Source of the DNA: Candidatus Njordarchaeota archaeon
Lineage (GTDB): Archaea > Asgardarchaeota > Njordarchaeia > Njordarchaeales > Njordarchaeaceae
DNA length: 28,522 nucleotides
Direction of reading: 5' to 3'
Assembly: GCA_029856615.1 (NCBI GenBank)
Contig: JAHKLF010000001.1
Location: forward strand, 1 to 28,522
Shown here: positions 6,909 through 14,304 of the stretch, in pieces
Layout of the letters: each line of letters begins with the position of its first letter
How positions within the stretch are numbered: position 1 is the first letter of the stretch
The notes under the pieces: model-generated
The model's database searches: none
Told to the model about the DNA's origin: nothing
Seen by the model: the letters and a program-made list of their open reading frames with translations, nothing else
Made by a program: the position numbers and the translations under genes

Positions 6909-7460
6909 ATGAAAAGACGAATTACTATTACCGTTCTTTTATCAGCGCTTTTAATTATAAGTCCAATCGCGTCTTATGGAGCTGATATAATAGCAGATGC
7001 TACAACAATCAAAGAGAAATATCGACAGAATGAAGAAATTGAAATTATGGCAAGTATTTTAAATAATGATACACGGCCTCTAACCTTAGTTCGATTTAAT
7101 GTCACAATAGTATACGCTAAAAAAATGGGAGGAGAAGTACGTTTAGCTAAAATGATTATAAGGGACTTAGAAAAATACCAACTTCAGTATCGCGAATCTT
7201 ATACGGTGCATGTGACGATTTCATTGAGTGATTTACCTCCAGATAAATACAATTTAACAGCGATGTTCATTTGTTACTATGAGCCGTTGCATGAAAGAAA
7301 ACTTGTCGTATTAAAAGATCAACAGTTTCAATTACTGCCTAGCATAGAAATCCCGCCAACGGTCATCTTCGTAGCTGTAATAATGGTGGCGATTATTGTA
7401 ATTTATATAGGATATGGTATCTCAGGAAGAGTAGGTAAAATCTTACGTCGACGAAAGTAG
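6909..7460 (+). CDS. Type I membrane protein (signal peptide, beta-sandwich, C-terminal TM, basic tail), TRAP-alpha-like
   Basis: Signal peptide, alternating beta-strand pattern, sequons NDT/NVT/NLT, TM helix then KILRRRK. TRAP-alpha similarity is by eye. Confidence 0.6.
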   Translation: MKRRITITVLLSALLIISPIASYGADIIADATTIKEKYRQNEEIEIMASILNNDTRPLTLVRFNVTIVYAKKMGGEVRLAKMIIRDLEKYQLQYRESYTVHVTISLSDLPPDKYNLTAMFICYYEPLHERKLVVLKDQQFQLLPSIEIPPTVIFVAVIMVAIIVIYIGYGISGRVGKILRRRK

Positions 7461-8027
7461 TTGTTTTAAATACTTTATCATTTCTCTTGCCGCCTTAGCT
7501 CTATGCGATATTTTATTTTTCTCAAAACGTTCCATTTCTCCGAACGTTTTTGAGTAACCTCTCGGAATGAAAATGGGATCAAAGCCAAAGCCTTTATTTC
7601 CCTTTATCTCACGCGATATTGTTCCATTAACAATACCCTCGAACATCTTTATTTTTCCATTATAGCAAAGAGCTATTACTGACTTAAAATACGCTGATCT
7701 ATCATCTATATCTTGCATAAGTCTTAGAATTCCTGAATTTCCTATCGTCTTATATACGTAACTTGAAAATGGTCCGGGAAAGTTATTTAAAGCTCGAATA
7801 AATAGTCCAGAATCTTCTATGAAGAAATTATCATACCCATTGGACAAGAGATGCTCGGTTGCAAACTTAACAATTTTAACTAAATCTTCATCTTGAATCT
7901 CAATCTTCCGTAAGTTAGTCATTGTGAGCTTTAGATCCATTTTTTCACTACTAAAAATCTCCTTAATCTCCAAAAATTTGTGTATATTGCTCGTGATGAA
8001 AAAAAGTCTCATACCCTTTCGCTCCAT
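7443..8027 (-). CDS. rdgB: Non-canonical purine NTP pyrophosphatase (RdgB/HAM1)
   Basis: FITSNIHK, EIQ, IEDSGL, FPGPFS, GFGFDPIF, KNKISHR. Confidence 0.96.
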   Translation of the reverse strand: MERKGMRLFFITSNIHKFLEIKEIFSSEKMDLKLTMTNLRKIEIQDEDLVKIVKFATEHLLSNGYDNFFIEDSGLFIRALNNFPGPFSSYVYKTIGNSGILRLMQDIDDRSAYFKSVIALCYNGKIKMFEGIVNGTISREIKGNKGFGFDPIFIPRGYSKTFGEMERFEKNKISHRAKAAREMIKYLKQLLSST

Positions 8028-8097
8028 GACTAAGCCTTTTTAAAAAATACTCCATTGTGAATTATACATTTAGATTTCTCATATACGAGGGAGAAAA

Positions 8098-8553
8098 ATG
8101 GATATAGTAGAGAAAGCGATAAATCTCGCTTTGGAGGGTAAAATTAGAGAAGCAGAAAAAAAACTAGACGTTTTAATATCAAGAAGACGAGACGATCCAC
8201 GCGTGTGGTTTCTTAAGGGTTTAATTGAGAGAAATAAAGGAAGAAATGAAGAAGCACTAAAAGCCTTAAATAGGGCAACAGAGCTTAGAAGTGATTTCGC
8301 TGAAGCATGGATTCTAAAGGGGTTCATTCTTAGAGATTTAAGAATGTATGATGATGCGCTTAGAGCTCTAAATAAAGCATATAACATCGAGTTAGAAGAA
8401 GACGATTACGAGGATTATGAACTTCTCATTGAAATGGCTCATATCTATGTCCTAATGGGACAGATAAATAAGGCTATAGAACTCTTAAATAAAGCTCAGG
8501 AAATTAACCCAGAAGACGAAAATTTAAAAAAACTCCTTAAGAGCATCCAATAA
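8098..8553 (+). CDS. Tetratricopeptide repeat protein
   Basis: Repeated W..KG...G..EEAL.AL..A.EL and A.IY..MG..AI.LL.KA.EINP patterns. Confidence 0.9.
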   Translation: MDIVEKAINLALEGKIREAEKKLDVLISRRRDDPRVWFLKGLIERNKGRNEEALKALNRATELRSDFAEAWILKGFILRDLRMYDDALRALNKAYNIELEEDDYEDYELLIEMAHIYVLMGQINKAIELLNKAQEINPEDENLKKLLKSIQ

Positions 8554-8588
8554 TTAATTTGTCTAATTTAGGGACAGTTTTATAGAGA

Positions 8589-9011
8589 GTGGTTGTATTG
8601 AATGATGAAGAAAAAGAAATCGAAAAAAAGAAACGTTTAGAAGTAATGAAAAGTTTGGTGCTCAAAATATTGAAAGACATAAGAGATCCTGAGACGGGAA
8701 TGAATCTAGTAGACTCAGGCTTGATAAGAGCTGATTTCGTATCAATTGATGAGAATGAAAAAAATATCGATATATCATGGATTCCAACTACACCTTTTTG
8801 CCCGTTAATTTTACATATATCAGCTGTAATACGATATATTCTGGTCAAACATTTTAAGGACTGGAAAGTCAAAGTTAAATTACATCCCGATGTTATTGGT
8901 AGTGATATGTGGAATGAGAAATTGAAGAACGAATCCTTATTAGAGTCAATCTTAAATGAAATAAAAGAACGAGGTTGGATGCAATACTTTTACTCTGGTG
9001 ATATTGAATGA
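8589..9011 (+). CDS. MIP18/DUF59 (Fe-S cluster assembly, SufT/PaaD-like) protein
   Basis: LKDIRDPETGMNLVDSGLI and PTTPFCP. Confidence 0.85.
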   Translation: MVVLNDEEKEIEKKKRLEVMKSLVLKILKDIRDPETGMNLVDSGLIRADFVSIDENEKNIDISWIPTTPFCPLILHISAVIRYILVKHFKDWKVKVKLHPDVIGSDMWNEKLKNESLLESILNEIKERGWMQYFYSGDIE

Positions 9012-9373
9012 CGATAAAAACTAAAACCACAAATGTCTATCTTTATGCTACGGTTAAAATGCTTCATAAGGTAGCTAGAGAAAAAAAAGCAAAAATTTGG
9101 CGCGTAGTTGCTGATATTTTAGAGAGACCAAGAAGAAAAAAAGTTGCAGTGAACCTTTCAAAAATAAATCGTTTAACCAAAGAAAACGATATAATAGTTG
9201 TGCCAGGTAAAGTGTTAGGTGGGGGAACACTTGATCACCCAGTAGTTATAGCAGCTTTTGCTTTCTCCGAAAGCGCTTTAAATAAAATCATAAAAGTTGG
9301 AGGAAAAGCATTAAGCATTAATGAATTAATAAAGGAAAATCCTAAGGGTTCTAATGTTAAGATAATCATCTAG
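9008..9373 (+). CDS. rpl18e: 50S ribosomal protein eL18
   Basis: RPRRKKVAVNLSKINR, VVPGKVLGGG, NPKGSNVKII. Confidence 0.97.
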   Translation: MTIKTKTTNVYLYATVKMLHKVAREKKAKIWRVVADILERPRRKKVAVNLSKINRLTKENDIIVVPGKVLGGGTLDHPVVIAAFAFSESALNKIIKVGGKALSINELIKENPKGSNVKIII

Positions 9374-9385
9374 ATTTTATACTGA

Positions 9386-9868
9386 GTGGTGATGACAATG
9401 AATGAAAAGAAAGAAAAGAAACCGGATTTCATTCTAGTTGATGCTTCTGACACAATTTTAGGAAGATTAGGGGCTCGTGTGGCTAAAATGTTGCTTGAAG
9501 GAAAAAGAGTAGTTATAATTAATGCCGAGAAAGCTATTATCTCTGGAGACCCTCAATATATAATAGAAAAATACAGAGCAAAATCGGAAATTCATTCAAG
9601 GACAAATCCTAGACGCGGGCCCTTTCATTATTCCCGCCCCGATTTATTTGTAAAAAGAACAATAAGAGGAATGCTCCCTTGGAAAAAATCCCGTGGACGA
9701 TTAGCTTATAAAAGATTAAGAGTTTACTTGGGAGTTCCTCCAGAATTCAGAAAATTAACGCCAATTAAGTTTGAGGATATAGGAATTAAAGAGAAATTCG
9801 AGAGCAAGTGGATTTCAGTCGGTGAGCTCCTAAAACAACTAGGTTGGAAAGGCATTGTCAAATATTAG
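9386..9868 (+). CDS. rpl13: 50S ribosomal protein uL13
   Basis: VDASDTILGRL, INAEKAIISG, RPD..VKRTIRGMLPWKK.RGR.A.KRL.VY.G.P. The true start may be ATG 9392 or 9398. Confidence 0.97.
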   Translation: MVMTMNEKKEKKPDFILVDASDTILGRLGARVAKMLLEGKRVVIINAEKAIISGDPQYIIEKYRAKSEIHSRTNPRRGPFHYSRPDLFVKRTIRGMLPWKKSRGRLAYKRLRVYLGVPPEFRKLTPIKFEDIGIKEKFESKWISVGELLKQLGWKGIVKY

Positions 9869-9894
9869 ATTATCCCTAACTTTAAAAATCGCTT

Positions 9895-10584
9895 TTACTT
9901 ACCTCTTATCCTTGACTTAAATATCGGAACCGTTAAACGAACCTTGTTCTCGTGAATGTAAGTAATACCCACTTCACTAGTGATTCTGAGAAACTCTAAC
10001 AGTTCGCTTTTCTTAGTTCTTAAAATTCTCGCTAACTCATCTATATCAATTTCTCCAGCTTGTTCGATTATTGGGAGAGCATGAAATTTAGGCTCAAATC
10101 TCAGCATTAAGTTAAAGAACTTCCCAAGCCTATCGCTAACGTTTGCTAAGTTCATTTGGCATAACCTCAACTTATTTGATAATTCTAGAACTTTTCTTTT
10201 AAGTTGCTCTACCTCCTTCTCTTCTTCTCTTGGAAGTATCCTTTCTTCTCGAATAGATGGTTTTAATGCATACTGCATACTTGATATTTCTCGTCTTAAG
10301 ATTGATGCAATATAATCTTGTATCATATCTAAACGCTCTCTTAAGACCTTATCAATAATGTCTCTTAGATATTGAATAACAGCCTGAAATATCCGTCTAA
10401 GAAGAGTTTCCATCAATAGTTTTTCCGATTCTCTTAAAATTCTCTCCCTCTCTCTAGAAAGCTCATCTCTAATACCATCAACGATATTCTGCACGAATAC
10501 ATCAACAGCTGTATCTATATGTCTTTGAAGGATCTCTTTTATGAGAGATTCATCATATTCGTTATCAGACACCACCAACACCAC
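9895..10584 (-). CDS. Hypothetical coiled-coil protein with C-terminal winged-helix
   Basis: Long helical/heptad region, then EIDIDELARIL..KSELLEFL..TSEVGITYIHENKVRL (HTH plus beta-wing). Confidence 0.7.
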   Translation of the reverse strand: MVLVVSDNEYDESLIKEILQRHIDTAVDVFVQNIVDGIRDELSRERERILRESEKLLMETLLRRIFQAVIQYLRDIIDKVLRERLDMIQDYIASILRREISSMQYALKPSIREERILPREEEKEVEQLKRKVLELSNKLRLCQMNLANVSDRLGKFFNLMLRFEPKFHALPIIEQAGEIDIDELARILRTKKSELLEFLRITSEVGITYIHENKVRLTVPIFKSRIRGK

Positions 10585-10718
10585 TTAATTTCTTACTCAT
10601 CTATACTTCCATACAACGCTATGTCTGTCGAGATTTTTACGAATTACTTAGATACAAGATTGTTACTAAATATGAAAAAATTTAACTAACTTTTTTATGC
10701 TACGTATAGGTTATGAAG

Positions 10719-10769
10719 ATGATGTAAAGCCTCACCTTCCTGATTACTGATGAAGTGCACCACCTCTGA
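10719..10769 (+). ncRNA. Box C/D guide sRNA D (double guide)
   Basis: C-like AUGAUGU 10719-10725 (or AUGAAGA 10713-10719), D' CUGA 10740-10743, C' CUGAUGA 10747-10753, D CUGA 10766-10769. Guides are antisense to GAAGGUGAGG and AGGUGGUGCA (16S-like); intergenic location. Confidence 0.85.
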
Positions 10770-10831
10770 TTCAACTTTTCTTCTAAACTTAGTCTCTTAT
10801 TGATACTAAATACTTACTATAGATTTGGGAA

Positions 10832-11668
10832 TTGACAATGTCTGGCATCGATCATAAAGATGCGGAGAAAATACTCACCTTACTGGACGAATCAAAAAGT
10901 ATTCTTGCAAAAGAGCCTCCTATCTTAAATCTTAATGAAGATAGAGCCATATTTGTGGGAGATATTCATGGAGATTTAAACGCGTGGAAGAGGATTAAAA
11001 AGATTATCTCAAATCGCTCGATCATAACTATATTTCTCGGGGATTACGTGGATCGCGGATTTTATTCTACAGAAATAATTAACGATATTTTGTATCTAAA
11101 AAATGAAAATCCAGAACAAATTATTCTTCTAAGAGGAAACCATGAGACAGAAGAAATAAATCGCTATTATGGTTTCTTATCAGAATTAGAAATGAAATTT
11201 AGGAAAAGAGCACATGAAATCTATCGTAAATACAACGATATATTTGCACAATTTCCATTCGTAGCTCTAATGGATGATAATAAAGTAGTCGCTCTTCATG
11301 GCGGAATACCGATAGAAGCAACTAATATCAGAGACTTCTATAAACTTAAAAAGGGAGACTTTAACCCCACAGATTCGATCGCCTTACAGATTTTATGGAA
11401 TGATCCAGATGACAATTTAGAGTATTATGCCCCAAGTCCGAGAGGCCCTGGAATCTACTTATTTGGAAGAAAAATCTTTCAGCGATTTATGATCAATAGT
11501 AAAGCAGAGTATTTAATCAGAGCACATCTCTTCTTGATTGAAGGAATAAGAAAATTCTTTGACGGAAAACTAATCAGCATTTTCTCCACGATTAACTATG
11601 TAGGTAATCAAGTGGCAGGTAAAGTATTAGAGTATCGACATGGTAATTTTTATGTCATCGATCTATAG
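10832..11668 (+). CDS. PPP-family Ser/Thr protein phosphatase
   Basis: GDIHG, GDYVDRG, LRGNHE, HGG, LWNDP, RG.G..FG, IRAH, IFST.NY. Confidence 0.93.
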   Translation: MTMSGIDHKDAEKILTLLDESKSILAKEPPILNLNEDRAIFVGDIHGDLNAWKRIKKIISNRSIITIFLGDYVDRGFYSTEIINDILYLKNENPEQIILLRGNHETEEINRYYGFLSELEMKFRKRAHEIYRKYNDIFAQFPFVALMDDNKVVALHGGIPIEATNIRDFYKLKKGDFNPTDSIALQILWNDPDDNLEYYAPSPRGPGIYLFGRKIFQRFMINSKAEYLIRAHLFLIEGIRKFFDGKLISIFSTINYVGNQVAGKVLEYRHGNFYVIDL

Positions 11669-11691
11669 TTTTCACATATCATAGATCTCAT

Positions 11692-12111
11692 CTATCCCTC
11701 CGTCAGCCAAACGATCGCAGAATACAACTCATCAGAGTCCTCTGCGATAAGTTCAATTGTAATGGGGCCTAAAGGACTTTCATTACGAGTCTCGCAGAGA
11801 GCTACATTCCCTGCATAGGCTGCTTGTTTATTAAGAAATAGATACGATGAATTCTGGGTCGTATTTTTCAATAAAAAATTGCGTACGTGTTCCTGGATTC
11901 GTTTAATCGCGATTTTTGTCTTTAATTTTGATAATGAAATTAAAAGTCCCTCAAATATTATGCGTTTTGTATTGTTTCCGAGAACAGTTACCTTTTTTTG
12001 CTCTAAATTATTATAAGATACTACATTCTTAATCGCTTGTAATACTCTCTCTTCTTCCTCTGTCGGGTATACTTCAACTATAATGCGAATTTTAACAGCC
12101 AATTTAATCAC
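11692..12111 (-). CDS. DUF54 (UPF0201) family putative RNA-binding protein
   Basis: EVYPTEEEERV..AI.N, LNKQAAYAG.V, SPLGPI. Confidence 0.88.
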   Translation of the reverse strand: MIKLAVKIRIIVEVYPTEEEERVLQAIKNVVSYNNLEQKKVTVLGNNTKRIIFEGLLISLSKLKTKIAIKRIQEHVRNFLLKNTTQNSSYLFLNKQAAYAGNVALCETRNESPLGPITIELIAEDSDELYSAIVWLTEG

Positions 12112-12676
12112 GCAATTTTTTAATCAAAGCGTGCAAGAAATCTATACATTCATTAAAAAATGCTTCATACGTCTTATCTTTATTAATTAATACCTCATCA
12201 GCCATGGCAATTACATTACCTATTCCCATCCCTAGTTCTCTTAAATCACGCTTTTTTAATTTATCGACATTAAGCGTATCATCCGCGCGTCCTCTCTTTA
12301 TTAATCTCTCATATCTAATATTCGGCGGCGCATGTATAGCAACTAAGATAAACTCTTCAAAAAAATTCTTAAACACGTTTACTTCTTCTAAGCTTCTTAT
12401 TCCTTCGATTACAATTATCTGTTGATTCTCAAAAGAACCACTTTGAATGCGCTCAATGACTTTTCTAGCAACTATATCTGGTCCATATTCTCTTCGCAAC
12501 TCAATAGCTATTTTTCCCACATTTTCCAGCGTTAGAGGAAGTCCTCTTTTCTTAACCTCGTCGAACACTATATCTCCCATCCTCACAACGGGAAGTCCTA
12601 ATTTCTCCGCTGCTGCAGAAAATAAACTCTTCCCTGCTCCCGGCATTCCAGTTACTCCTATTCCGAGGCGTTTCAT
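12104..12676 (-). CDS. P-loop kinase, archaeal dephospho-CoA kinase-like/UPF0200 family
   Basis: GVTGMPGAGKS, VVRMGD, IEGIRS.EE, RL.KRGR.DD, RD.REL..GIG.VIA.AD; probable start ATG 12676 after GGAGATGA. Confidence 0.88.
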   Translation of the reverse strand: MKRLGIGVTGMPGAGKSLFSAAAEKLGLPVVRMGDIVFDEVKKRGLPLTLENVGKIAIELRREYGPDIVARKVIERIQSGSFENQQIIVIEGIRSLEEVNVFKNFFEEFILVAIHAPPNIRYERLIKRGRADDTLNVDKLKKRDLRELGMGIGNVIAMADEVLINKDKTYEAFFNECIDFLHALIKKLRD

Positions 12677-12835
12677 AAGTGTCATCTCCAAGTATTCATG
12701 TCCATTTATATTTCCCAACCACAGTATTCCATCAATAATCTCGCTATGAAAAGAAGAGAGCAAACATTTCTCAAAAAATTTACAATTGATGTTACTTACT
12801 TCGTTATATTGTGCACGTTTTCCCCATATAATATA

Positions 12836-13021
12836 CTATCTACGCCTCCCTTTTGGCTGGCCCCAACGGAGTTTTAAGATAAACCTCTTATAATAGTTCT
12901 CACGATTTCTTATTCTAGGCGGTGGTGATTTCCTCTCTTTAGGTGTTATTCCTAAGGCTTTCATTGCTTCAATTGTCGCTCTACGAACTTTTCCCGCTTT
13001 ATCTAGTGATCCATGCGTCAT
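12836..13021 (-). CDS. rps30e: 30S ribosomal protein eS30
   Basis: HGSL.KAGKVR...PR.RNR..Y.KRF; ATG 13021 after AGGTGA. Confidence 0.93.
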   Translation of the reverse strand: MTHGSLDKAGKVRRATIEAMKALGITPKERKSPPPRIRNRENYYKRFILKLRWGQPKGRRR

Positions 13022-13086
13022 TTTTATCACCTAATAGGGTTTAATATTTTTAACAGAGTGTATTGTGGGATAATTATTTAAAATTA

Positions 13087-13134
13087 TCAGAAGTAGGCGA
13101 ACTTATAAGTTATGGAGAGAGACTTTATCATCAA
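13087..13134 (-). ncRNA. Possible box C/D sRNA (weak)
   Basis: UUGAUGA (13134-13128) and CUGA (13090-13087) are 48 nt apart in an intergenic region; internal D'/C' boxes are not recognisable and there is no clean target. Confidence 0.3.
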
Positions 13135-13231
13135 ACATTTTTCATTTTTTTGAAAGATGTAGTGAAAATTTAAATTGAATTACCATCTTTGCCATCTTCT
13201 AATGGATTTATATGCAGATTGGTAGATTATT

Positions 13232-14236
13232 ATGACACAAAAAGCTAAAGAGAGAACATTCAATGAGAAAGAATGGAAACAACGAGTCTTAAAAGAGCTA
13301 TCATCACTACCCGGAATAGGAAAAACAATCGCACTAAAGCTATTTGATGCTGGTTACGTATCTATAAACTTGTTAGCTGTGACATCTCCTCGTATCTTAG
13401 CCGAAGAAACTGGCATTGGAGAGAAAACTGCAGAAAAAATTGTTGAAGCTGCGAGACAAGTTACCAAATTGGATTTTTCCACAGCTCTTGATTTCTTACA
13501 AAAAAGAAAAAATGTTAAACATATAACAACAGGATCCAAATCTCTTGATGATCTACTAGGAGGGGGAGTAGAGACCCAAGGAATAACCGAATTTTACGGT
13601 GAATATAGAACGGGAAAAACACAAATATGCCACACATTAGCAGTTACTGTGCAATTACCAGAAGAAAAAAAAGGACTGAATGCTAAAGCATTATACATTG
13701 ATACTGAAGGGACCTTTAGGCCTGAGAGAATAATACCCATCGCTAAGCGGTTTGGTTTAGATCCGGAAAAAACACTAGAAAACATCATTGTAGCAAGAGC
13801 ATTCTCAACAGATCACCAAATGGAGATAGTTAGGAAAGTGAAGAAAGTAATACCAATTGAAAATATAAAGCTGATAATAGTAGACTCTATAATGAATCAC
13901 TTTAGAGCAGAGTATGTAGGAATAGATACTCTTGCAGTTAGACAACAGAAATTAAACATACACATTCATGATCTTCAGAGAATAGCATTTGCATTTGATG
14001 TAGCTGTAGTAATAACAAATCAGGTTGTTACAAATCCAGCAACGTTCTTTGGAAGTCCAATCAGCGCTATAGGCGGGCACATCTTAGCGCATAATGTAAC
14101 GACGCGAGTTTCTTTAAGAAAAGGAAAAGGCAATAAACGAATTGCGCGATTGGAAGATAGTCCCTATTTACCAGAAAGCGAAGCTGTATTTGAAATCACG
14201 GACGAGGGAATAAAAGACATAGAAGAGAGCGAGTAA
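13232..14236 (+). CDS. radA: DNA repair and recombination protein RadA
   Basis: N-terminal HhH (LPGIG, GIGEKTA), [53 protein letters not shown]. Confidence 0.97.
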   Translation: MTQKAKERTFNEKEWKQRVLKELSSLPGIGKTIALKLFDAGYVSINLLAVTSPRILAEETGIGEKTAEKIVEAARQVTKLDFSTALDFLQKRKNVKHITTGSKSLDDLLGGGVETQGITEFYGEYRTGKTQICHTLAVTVQLPEEKKGLNAKALYIDTEGTFRPERIIPIAKRFGLDPEKTLENIIVARAFSTDHQMEIVRKVKKVIPIENIKLIIVDSIMNHFRAEYVGIDTLAVRQQKLNIHIHDLQRIAFAFDVAVVITNQVVTNPATFFGSPISAIGGHILAHNVTTRVSLRKGKGNKRIARLEDSPYLPESEAVFEITDEGIKDIEESE

Positions 14237-14253
14237 TTAAGTGAAAAATAACA

Positions 14254-14276
14254 GAAACTTAATGCTGATAAGTTTC
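14254..14276. terminator. Perfect 8-bp hairpin between convergent radA and hel308
   Basis: GAAACTTA-atgctga-TAAGTTTC in the 68-nt gap; the terminator role is inferred from position only. Confidence 0.35.
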
Positions 14277-14304
14277 AATAAGAATTTGTACATTGTATTG
14301 TTAG

